Assembly (NCBI RefSeq): GCF_001194135.2
Contig: NC_068984.1
Location: 111,778,875 to 111,842,874, forward strand
From: Octopus bimaculoides
Lineage: Eukaryota
DNA length: 64,000 bases
Direction: 5' to 3'
The notes beneath the pieces were generated by a model, which was not told the DNA's origin, did no database searches, and worked only from the letters and a program-made list of their open reading frames with translations. The position numbers and the translations under genes were made by a program. This document shows, one piece after another, positions 48,955 through 59,362 of the stretch (position 1 is its first letter; each line of letters opens with the position of its first letter).

Positions 48955-49304
48955 TCATAGGCAAGGCAACTCCAAAAGGGGTCTCAGGGAGTAGTCTTTC
49001 TGCCTTCCTGAGGTAGTTTTCTACCACATTTCTTAAAAGTCTTTGTAGAGGCCTTGGTCTCGGGACCATTCATGTCTAGAAACTGAGGTTGGGTGTAAGC
49101 AAGGGCATGCTCACCATACAAAATCCAGCTCCAAAATGCCTCATGATAGCAAAGGAGAATGGGCACCAGCCAGCCCAAAGGTTGCTATGGCATTGAGGTA
49201 GATCCGGCCACCCCCATTAACAGGAGCAAACCTCAGATTTAAAACACTGATGAATTTATTTTGCAAGATTCCTGATGTGAAATCATATGTTTGAAACAGA
49301 TATT

Positions 49305-49687
49305 GTTATGTTTTGGATTGGTCATTTGTATTTTTTCTTGCCAAATAAATACACGCACTATATATTCGTTCTTCATTTGCTTATTGTTGTTCTTCTTTTA
49401 TAGTATGTCCATTGAATGATAATCCTTCATCACACATCTGTGACATCTTCAGTGACTCTTCTATCCCACATATTTCCTCCTGTCCTGTTTAGTCCATTCT
49501 GACTTGGACTAAATAGACAAAACAAGACAGGAGGAGTCACTGAAGAGGTCACAAATGTGTGACAAAAGATTTCCAGAAAATGGACATAAGATAAAATAAG
49601 AACAATAATAAACTAGTGCAGAATGAATATATAATGTGTGTGCTTATTTGGCAAGAAAAAAAACAAATGACCATCTCGAAATATAAC
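49305..49687. repeat. about 380-bp imperfect palindrome (inverted PLE pseudo-LTR-like arms)
   Basis: The arms match from GTTATG..GGTCATTTG..TTCTTGCCAAATAA inward. The centre is TTTAGTCCA-8 nt-TGGACTAAA. Each arm carries CTGAAGA.GTCACA....TGTGA. Confidence 0.85.
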
Positions 49688-49694
49688 TATATAT

Positions 49695-49759
<65 letters not shown>

Positions 49760-50934
49760 TTCATACTTGTATTACAATAAAATACATAGACCAACACACA
49801 TACACATAATGCACACACACATGCATGAAGACATATACAAAGACCTTTCTATACACGTGTCCAGCCAACCATGACCTTACCTCCAGAAGTCAGATGCTCA
49901 CTAAAACCGTCTAGACGGAGCAAACAATGTCTTTTTTGGAAAGGACAAGAAAGTTCATTTCTTTTATCACCAAGATCATACACTCACACACACTATATAT
50001 ATATATATATATATATATACACTCACCATATATATATATATATGTACATGTATATATGTATGTACATACATGTATATTTATTTATAAGCAAATATATATA
50101 TGTATATACATACATGTATGTATACATTCATACATACATTTATATATGTGTGTATGTATGTATGTATGTATGTATGTATGTATGTATGTATGTATGTGTG
50201 AGGTGTTTGTGGTGGTGGAGGGGTGGAACATTACTTTTCATTTGCAATCTTCATTCATTCAACAAAATCTAAGGAAGGAAGAAAGAAAAAAAATAGATGA
50301 AAAAATAATAAACAAAAGCAAAATAGAAAATAAAAGACAGAAAGATTCAACGAAAGAAAGAGAGTAAGAAAGAAAGAATGAAAAAGGAAAGAAAGAAAGG
50401 AAGAACAAATGAAAGGGTGGAGAATATTGAATGGAAATTAAAGAAAATTACCAATATTGAGTGGTAGCGAGACAAGAAAAGTGCAGTGGAAAGCGAAGGG
50501 AACCATGAAGTAACAAAAGCACATTCTTTTAGATTCCACGAAAAGATGATTGAAGCTGAATTATTATGAGATGCAGAATTATTATCTCAGTTTTGTGATA
50601 TGTTTATAAGGACGGGTCACTGTGCAATATTAATTGTTTCACTAGTCACTGATATGGCTTCAGAAAGGATGGCAACAAGGGTCATTCGAAATGCTAGAAA
50701 TAACAGCTAAATTTCTCTCAACTAAAACTGCCCTAATGCCCTATTCCACTTTCCATTTTGATCCCAGCCTGTCCGAGACAGGTTATATGGTACAAACTTC
50801 CTATTCTGAAACTGGTATTGTTAGGTCATCGGAAGAAACCTGATACAGTTATATTGGTTTCAATTTTTTGGCACTAGGCCAGTAATTTCAGGAGAGAGGT
50901 AGGTTAATTATATAAACCCTGATGCTTAACTGTT

Positions 50935-51330
50935 GTGGAGGTGCAATGGCCCAGTGGTTAGGGTAGCAGACTCGCGCTCATATGATCGCGGTTTCAATTC
51001 CCAGACTGGGCGTTGTGAGTGTTTATTGAGCGAAAACACCTAAAAGCTCCACAAGGCTCTGGCAGGGGATGGTGGCGAACCCTGCTGTACTTTTTCACCA
51101 CAACTTTCTCTCACTCTTACTTCCTGTTTCTGTTGTGCCTGTAATTCAAAGGGTCAGCCTTGTCACACTGTGTCACGCTAAATATCCCCGAGAACTACGT
51201 TAAGGGTACACGTGTCTGTGGAGTGCTCAGCCACTTGCACGTTAATTTCATGATCAGGGTGTTTCGTTGATCGGATCAACTGGAACCCTCGACGTCGTAA
51301 GCAACAGAGTGCCAACAACAACAGCAACAA
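50935..51330 (+). mobile_element. SINE head2 + tail E
   Basis: Plus-strand copy of the 9823 type, with an (AAC)n tail. Confidence 0.9.
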
Positions 51331-51334
51331 TGCT

Positions 51335-51470
51335 TAACTGTTACTTCCTTTATAAGCACCAAAAAGAAGAAAGGCAAAGTCGACCTTGGAAGAATTTGAA
51401 CTCAGAACATATGAAATTCCACTAAGCATTTTGTCTGGCATGCTAACGATTCTGCCAGCTTGCCATCTTG
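51335..51470 (-). mobile_element. SINE-D fragment
   Basis: Reverse complement of the D head and core. Confidence 0.65.
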
Positions 51471-52154
51471 TGATATGATGATATTAGTGTGAAGAACATA
51501 AAATAGTACATTTTGTTGGATTAACCGTTCTTTCACCTGAGGACAATTGTGGTGCCACTCAGGTTTAAAAAAGGGTAAAGAAGCTCCATTTGGTCATGAA
51601 TGACAATGAGATTGCACCTAGAAAGTTACCCTTGATGACGATGATGATGGTGGTGGTGGCGGCAGCGGCGGTGGTGGTGGTGGTGGTGGTGGTGGTCTTG
51701 CTCTAGGATGTGGCATGATAGCTCAGGCATAATCGAGATGTGTTGATCATCCCTTGTAGTCTTTTATTTCATCAACTGTCTCCATGTTACAGGTTTGCCT
51801 CCAGCACTAATATTAATCCTGTGGTTATACAGAGACAATGATCATTTAATTATATAGACAATAGCAACATCATCACCTTCAACAACAACCATCAGCAACT
51901 CAAAAGAAATATTCCATATCTGTACCTAATATATTGTGAACTAGAAAACAATAGATTGCTTTTTTAAAACAAAACAAAAAAAAAATCCTAGAATGAAATT
52001 CCAGTATTCATTTTCCTCTCTACACAAAGATTTAGACTCATCTGTGTATGTGTGTGTGTGTGTGTGTATGGCTGACTGGCTGGATGAATGGTTAGGTGTG
52101 AGAGTGTGTGCATATGTATGTATGTATATGCATATATATATGTGTATATATATA

Positions 52155-52243
<89 letters not shown>

Positions 52244-52430
52244 GTGTATGTATATATGTGTGTGTGTATATATATATATATATATGTGTATGTATATATG
52301 TGTGTGTGTATATATATATATGTATGTGTGTGTATATGTGTGTGTGTTTGTATATATATATATATATATATATTTGTATGTATATATATGTGTGTGTGTA
52401 TATATATATATATGTATGTGTGTGTATGTT

Positions 52431-52474
<44 letters not shown>

Positions 52475-53889
52475 TACACTCACACAACAGAGCTATACTG
52501 AAACAAACTAGTATTCAACTATACAAATATATTATAGATATTATAGATAATGTTACACACACTGTAAGCATACACATAAACATACACACAAATGAATATA
52601 AACGGTTTTATAAGCACGTACATACACACATTGATATGTATGTGCAAACGTAATCATTGATGTTATCATTTATAGAAGTATGGGTATATACAAAACTGAA
52701 TAATCATAAAATATACACAAATAAATGTATATGTTAATATAAATATATGTGTGATGAGTGTGTATGAGTGCATATATGTGTATGTATATATGCATGTATG
52801 TATGGAATTGTGTAAATGTCTACATATGTGTATATAAACGTACGCACATAAACACACAGAGGTGGTCACAAGTAGACATACACAAATTTATATCTATATA
52901 TTANNNNNNNNNNNNNNNNNNNNNNNNNNNNNNNNNNNCATAGATATGCACACACATACATAGAGACATAGAAACATACATACATACATGAAAGTACACA
53001 TACACCTTTACATATGTATATATACACATACATACACACATACATACAAATGCACAGAGGCATACATTTTCTGTACGCACATACATATACATATATGCAT
53101 GCATACATACATACAGCCATACATACATAGACAGAAACAAAATACATACATACATACATACATACATACACGCATACAGTCATACATGCATACATTCATA
53201 CATACATACACATAGAAACACACACAAAAATACAGACATACACACATACATACATAGATACATACATATATGTACATACATATATGTACTACATATCCCT
53301 ATCTGAAACAAAGAATAAATACATTTCTCATTGATTTAGAGAGAATAGAAAAGTTCTATTTCACTTGATAATTGTTTAAAAAACATCAATGATTCTGTGA
53401 CAAAAAATAATTCGTCTTTGCTCATTGGACTGTCACTGAAGCATTCATGCGGAAAAAAACTTTATCCAGTATAAACAAATGAAATCCACGCTGTTACGAA
53501 CACAATTGTAACTCGACAAGTTTATTGAAAGTTTTGACTCGGAAACCTTGCCTTTACAGAAAAAGGGTTGTTTTCTTTTTTCTTGTTGATTATTATATTC
53601 AGTTGCTGTTGTTGTTGTTGTTTTTGATCTTGTATTTGTTGCTTCTGTTGTTGCTTTCTTGTTCCTTTAGTCCAGTCCTGTTTGAACAGAGTAATCATTA
53701 ATCCTTTAAACCTGCCTGAGACTGCTCCTGGTTCTATGTTACAAATTCCTTGTTTTAAAAGGATCTATGTCAAAACCTTCTATCAAAATTTTTATATTAA
53801 TTTCTGTTCAAAATACCAACTTAATAATGCCAAAAATTATTTTACTAAATTCTTCATTATTTTCAAAATTAATTGAAACAATAGTTGCA

Positions 53890-54535
53890 GATACGGTTGC
53901 GTGGCAAAAAGCTTGCTTCCTAACCACATGGTTCCAGGTTCAGTCCTATTGCATGGCACCTTAAGCAAATATCTTCTATTATAGTCTTGAGCCAACGAAA
54001 ACCTTGTGAGTAGATTTGATAGACAGAAACTGAAAGAAACTGAAAGGCGGCGAGCTGGCAGAAACGTTAGCATGCTGGGCAAAATAATTAGCGGTATTTC
54101 ATCTGCCATTACGTTCTGAGTTCAAATTCCGCCGAGGTCGACTTTACTTTTCATCCTTTCGGGGTCGATAAAATAAGTACCAGTTACGCACTGTGGTCGA
54201 TGTAATCGACTTAATTCCTTTGTCTGTCCTTGTTTGTCCCCTGTGTATAGCCCCTTGCGGGAAATAAAGAAATGAGAAACTGAAAGAAGCCTGTTGTATG
54301 CATGTGCGTGTGTGTGTGTGTGTGTTTGTCTTTGTTGTCCACCACCACTTGGCAACCAGTCTTGGTGTGTTTACATCCCTATAACTTAGTTGTTCAGCAA
54401 AAGAGACCAAAATAAAAAGTACCAGAATTACAAAAACAATAAGAACTGGGGTCGATCCGTTTGACCACAATTCATCAAGGTGGTGCTCCAGCATGGCGAC
54501 AGTCTAACAACTGCATCAAGTAAAAGACAAAAGTT
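53890..54535 (+). mobile_element. SINE-A interrupted by SINE-D
   Basis: A head at 53890-54045; A resumes at 54276. Confidence 0.85.
54046..54275 (+). mobile_element. young SINE-D with target-site duplication
   Basis: GGCGGCGAGCTGGCAGAAACG...GAAATAAAGAAATGA is flanked by GAAACTGAAA at 54036-54045 and 54276-54285. Confidence 0.9.
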
Positions 54536-54644
54536 AAAAAGCTAGCCATGTTTCAACAGAAATATGATAACAAGAAGTCTGAATGTGTTCCAACCATGAC
54601 TATCTACATTATTTGTATATTCTGTAAGTAGGTACACTATGTGA

Positions 54645-54985
54645 AGGAACATGGCTCAGTGGTTAGAGTATCAGGCTTATAATCACGAGGTAGTGAGTTT
54701 GATTCCCGGACCATGTTGTGTGTTGTGTTCTTGAGCAAGATTCTTTATTTTCACATTGTTCTAGTTCACTCATCTGTAGAAATGAGTTTCGACATCACTG
54801 GTGCCAAGGTGTGTTTGCCTTTGCCTTGCCCTTGTATAACAACGGTGGTGCAGAGAGGGCAGGCTGGTATACATGCGCAACTTCTGGTCTTCCACAAAAC
54901 AACTTTGCCCAGACTTGTACCTAGGAGGGGAACTTTCTAGGTGCAATCTTGTGGCCATTCATGAACAGAGAGGTTCTTTACCCGA
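54645..54985 (+). mobile_element. SINE head1 + tail F
   Basis: Matches 8403-8720. Confidence 0.85.
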
Positions 54986-55171
54986 TATATATAATATATT
55001 TTATTAATTATTGATAATTTTTTCTGGATAATTTTTGATTTGAAACCTCAGCATTTTTTATTTACTGCCCACAAGGGGCTGTACTTGCGTGGTAGATTTG
55101 AAAAATTAGAATGTTTAAGCATGGGGCATATACTGGATTGTCTCGTGTATATATGTTTAATCTTTGGTGTA

Positions 55172-55240
55172 CCTGCTGATGAAGAATTCACCTAGCAAAT
55201 TATTGTATTTGCTAAAATAAGTCAGAAACCACGGTCCAGG
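55172..55240 (+). ncRNA. type I hammerhead ribozyme fold (HHR-1)
   Basis: Stem I CCUG/CAGG; core CUGAUGA at 55176-55182; stem II includes UAGCAAAU/AUUUGCUA; GAAA at 55225-55228; stem III AC(C)/(G)GU; GUC cleavage triplet at 55234-55236. The base pair closing stem II is an A-A mismatch. Confidence 0.7.
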
Positions 55241-55382
55241 AGCTAGATGGTTTTATTTTTCATTCCCTTCGAAGTTTTATCCCTAATAGTAGTGTGGAAC
55301 TTAGCTGTTCTTTCTAGCGTGCAAGGAATCCTATGATGGATACCTATGATGGATACCTATGTGTTTAAATATACATTGTATT

Positions 55383-55439
<57 letters not shown>

Positions 55440-55441
55440 CC

Positions 55442-55718
55442 CAACATATGAATTCTTTCAAGAACAGAAATTTAATGAACTCTACGGGATCTTAGTAAAT
55501 ACATTTTAGAACTTAAATCAAAAAGAATAGAATACGAGTTAATATGGGAAATAGTTTTCAAGGCTAAATCATATAGGATAGGAAATAAATTCTGCTTATT
55601 ATGTACTAACGAATTTAAAGAGATATTATTAGCTAATAAAAAATTCATTAACTACCACGATGAACGTAATGTTAAATGCAGACATAAATTAATTTATTTA
55701 TATAATAAGTTTAGATAA
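55442..55718 (+). pseudogene. Penelope-like element GIY-YIG endonuclease C-terminal fragment, 5'-truncated at (TG)n
   Basis: QHMNSFKN..ST(frameshift)LSKYILELK..EYELIWEI..AKSYRIGNKFCLLCTNE..IL...IN...E...KCRHK* resembles PLE C-termini (ST.LS.YIW.LK...W.I...C.LC..E...CRH). Confidence 0.8.
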
Positions 55719-56069
55719 CTAATTTATTTATTTAAACGTAGGATTAGGTACCAGCTTATACTTATGATCGGTAGCGTAAAATACATCAAATTAGCTTTAG
55801 AATACACTTTAATCATCAAAATATTATACAAAATTGGAACATATAACTACCTTTACTTCAAATATTCAACGATAATATGAGCAGTATTTTACAATGTTTC
55901 ATAACATTATTTAAGTAATATATAACTTTCGTATTGGGTATAGTTATTATTCTGCGTAAATCTGAGAGTTTTAAGTATTTTAGTATTATTAATCTTCATT
56001 AAACTTTTTATTTTTCGATATTTTCGTTATTATTTTAGTAATTATAACACGTATTTACCTCTGGTAATG

Positions 56070-56315
56070 GACGCCATGTTTATCACGTGACTTTTCTGTA
56101 TTAATGTTCATAGCATTATTTACGTAATATAGAATTTTCGTATGTGTATAGTTATTACTCTGCGTTAATTTGCAAGTTTAAGTATTTTAGTATTTTTAAT
56201 CCTCAAGAAACTTTTTATTTTAGGTAGATTTTCTTTTTCGATATTTTCGTTATTATTTTAGTAATTATAATACGCATGTACTTCTGGGTAATAGACGCCA
56301 TTTTTATCACGTGAC
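56070..56315 (+). promoter_or_regulatory. duplicated YY1-like + E-box module
   Basis: GACGCCAT(G/T)TTTATCACGTGAC at 56070-56091 and 56294-56315, conserved within AT-rich, diverged repeat units. Confidence 0.35.
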
Positions 56316-56654
56316 CTTTTAGTATAAATTCTATAACGAAGCCATTTTGATTTTAATCCACAGTTACCCACCGGCAGGTAAGTCATGTTTTCTTATTTTA
56401 ATTTTATAAACAATATTGACATCCGTCTTTTAGTAACTTTATACACTAACACATTTTTTTACTATTATCTACTTATTCCATAATGTTTTAACCTTGTTTA
56501 CTATAATACTCTTTTTCAATATTTTTAGATTGTAACTCTTAATAATTATGTTAATGTAGGGATTGGTTTACAGATTTTGTCTCTTTATATATATTTTTAT
56601 TTCTCATGTTTATGTTTATTCCTTGAATGATTTTAGGTATTTTCTTAGGGATTT

Positions 56655-56769
56655 GACCTGAAGAGTGATTGATTTTGGGAGTAAAATCATTTCCCCGTTC
56701 TAATGAACTTGGATAGAATTTGCTTATGATTTTATATAGTCCTATTTCAGCCATGAAACGCACGTAGTC
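56655..56769 (+). ncRNA. type I hammerhead ribozyme fold with a long stem II (HHR-2)
   Basis: Stem I GAC/GUC; CUGAAGA at 56658-56664; stem II GUGAUUGA/UCAGCCAU (7 of 8 paired), extended by UGGGA/UCCUA and UAAAAUCAU/AUGAUUUUA; GAAA at 56755-56758; stem III AC-GCAC-GU; GUA triplet at 56764-56766. Confidence 0.75.
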
Positions 56770-57056
56770 TATGTACTAGCACTAAATTTTATACTTCCAT
56801 ACTGTATATTATCGTATTAATTTTTACTGTCCAATGTATAAATTTGACTTTAAAATTTTTTTTAATCAATATTTCTATGATTTATTTATATGATTTATAT
56901 GATTGATTTATGTAATATATTATTTAATTTAAATTTTAAATTAAAATATTAGATATATTAAGATGGTATTTGCCTCACAGCATGGAGTTGGACGGGTTCT
57001 GAGTTGTAGAGTGGTGGTTCATCTCTAAATTAGTTATATATATATATATATATATG

Positions 57057-57420
57057 AAGCATATAGTTAAGTAGTTAGAACACCAGACTTACGATTGAGA
57101 GGTTGTGAGTTCAGTTCCCAGACCAGGCTGTGTTGTGCTCTTGAGCGAGACTCTTTATTTCACATTGTTCCCGTTCAATCATCTGTAGAAATGAGTTGCA
57201 ATGTCACTGGTGCCAAGCTGTACCAGCCTTTACCTTTCCCTTGGATAACATTGGTTGTGTGGAGAGGGGAGGACGGTGTGCATGCGTGACTACTGGTCTT
57301 CCATAAGCAACCTTGCCTGGACTTGTGCTTCAGAGGGTAACTTTCTAGGTGCAATCTCACAGCTATTCATAACCAAAGGGGGTCTTTACTCCTTACCCAG
57401 CTACCCTATCCAATGTGACC
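57057..57420 (+). mobile_element. SINE head1 + tail F
   Basis: Matches 54645-54985. Confidence 0.85.
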
Positions 57421-57476
57421 TGATCTCCCACTTGTTTTTTTTTTTATTTATTTTTTTTTATAAGCAGTAAAATATG

Positions 57477-57694
57477 CACATTATTTACATTTGATGGATA
57501 TTTGTCCTCATCTTGTTTGTTGTTAACACAACGTTTCAGCTTTATCCTAATGAAAACCCACGTTCAAAATTTCCCCAAGATACCTGATGAAAGCTGGAGG
57601 GTATATCAGCCGATGCGTTGTGTTAAACAAGATGAGGACAAATATCTATCAAATGTAAATAATGTACATAATTCCTCATCTCTTAAATATAGAA
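57477..57694. mobile_element. inverted PLE pseudo-LTR fragment with a mutated minimal hammerhead and 12-bp TSD
   Basis: Inverted arms at about 57477-57540 and 57607-57670; CUGAUGA at 57584-57590; GAAA mutated to GATG at 57612-57615; CAGTAAAATATG at 57465-57476 and 57695-57706. Confidence 0.75.
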
Positions 57695-58199
57695 CAGTAA
57701 AATATGATTTGAAAACAGTTTTGACTGCTATTTCTAGCAGGTCATGTGACAAAATAGAGGCATCCTTGACATAAGGTTGCTTTAAGAATGTTATACTTGA
57801 AAGAAGAAACTGAAGACATTTTGTATACTTTTTCAATATTATCTTATTAAAGACAATCCAAAGAATTCAAGAAAGCAAACAGCGGATGATATTACAGTGA
57901 GCAAAATCTGTAAAGAAGCTAAATGTGTAATATATTGATGTTTTCCTTGTTGTCAACCCTGAGAAAACAGTCATATGATCAAAAGCTTTTCAGCCAGCCA
58001 TGCCATTCCAGTCTTGTTTTTAGAAACAGGGTATATTTATGTTTATATAAGCAGTATGACCAAAAAGCTAAAGAATTTGCTTTGTAACAAGGTCCTAGAT
58101 TCTTTCTTACTGCATGGTATCTTTGGGCATCCTTGGGCAGATGTTATTAGCTCTAAGCCTCCAGATGTCACAGATCTTGTGATTGGCCTGGATATCTGT

Positions 58200-58420
58200 C
58201 AGTTATGATTACAAGTGTTCCAGTTGATTTGATCAAACAGCCTGTTTGTGAAATTAACACTGAGCACTCCACAGACATGTGTACCCTTAACATAGTTCTC
58301 AGGGAGATTAAGTATGACACAGATTATGGCAAGGCTGGCCCTTTGAATTAGAAGTCCACATCATCTTTCCCATCTGAGTGGACTGGAGCAACGAGAAATA
58401 AAGTATCTTGCTTAAAACCT
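58200..58420 (-). mobile_element. degenerate SINE, head1 core + tail E
   Basis: Tail E fragment joined to GAGTGGACTGGAGCAACGAGAAATAAAG (reverse complement of the head1 core). Confidence 0.6.
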
Positions 58421-58649
58421 TGTGGATGGAAAGTGGTATTGACTACATCGAAACACTATGTGTGTGAGCAGTATAATAATGTCTTGCTCTGTGCAGCACT
58501 GTGTTTTCAAATATCCCACACTGAGAAGACGCTGTAAATACACTTTAAAATCCCTTGTATGAGAAATTATTTAGTTACTGTAGTTACTGAATAGCCTAAT
58601 AATGGTATGCAGCAGAGACTGTCAGTACTAAATTTATCTGCAAAGGGGT

Positions 58650-58872
58650 TAATCCTTTCGTTTCTGTATTTATTTTGAAATGCTCTGTATTTCTTTCAAT
58701 TACTTTGAATATAAGAAAGAATTTAGTAAAATAACTTTATCATTCAGCTAGTGGTAGGAACTTAAATTGTGACTGAGGTTTGGTGGAAGATTTTAATTCA
58801 AAACTTATGAAAACAGGACATTTGTAATCAGACCCAGAGCTGGTTTCAGCCGAGTTGGTATTGAAAGAGTCA
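58650..58872. mobile_element. second TTAA-type MITE family; partial relatives at 8232-8400 and 53698-53880
   Basis: TTAATCCTTTCG ... GAAAGAGTCAA ends. The internal sequence matches the partial relatives in reverse complement. Confidence 0.55.
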
Positions 58873-59362
58873 AGGACACTATACACTGCCTGGAATTGAA
58901 CTTACAATCTTACAAATTATGTGCTGAATACTCTAACCGCTAAGCCACATGCTTTGTGATTCAAATTTGGTACTCGAAAACTGTTCAGAAGCCCTTTGAA
59001 TAGATTGTACTAATATCTCAAAGGACCTGTTTTGTTAATATCACCTGCTGCTTTTGAGCCAGCCTGACCAAACCTCTTCCACTCTTTTAATTTCTCTCTT
59101 CCTTTCCAATGTATTTCTTACACTTTCTAATTTATATAGCTACCTACTTGTCTGTGTTTTTGTTGATTTATCTCTCTATTTATTTGTCTATCCATTTTTT
59201 AATCTTTCCATGTATCTATCTCTTTATCTACCTATCTATCTCTCTATTCAGCTGCCTCTCTCTCTGTTCCCATCTATTCATCCCTCTATCCATCCATCCA
59301 TGTATGTATCTATCTATCTATCCACCTATCTATCTATCTATCCACCTATCTATCTGTTAGTC

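Larger units (their letters stand above)
55719..57030 (+). mobile_element. PLE 3' pseudo-LTR region with an about 210-225 bp tandem repeat
   Basis: Follows the PLE stop codon. Repeat units lie at about 55897-56106 and 56107-56332, the region contains HHR-2, and it ends at (TA)n. Confidence 0.65.

Noticed and set aside
49245-49300. CTGATG(T)G...GAAAC as a further hammerhead
   Set aside because: The core box is broken and no convincing stems I and III form.
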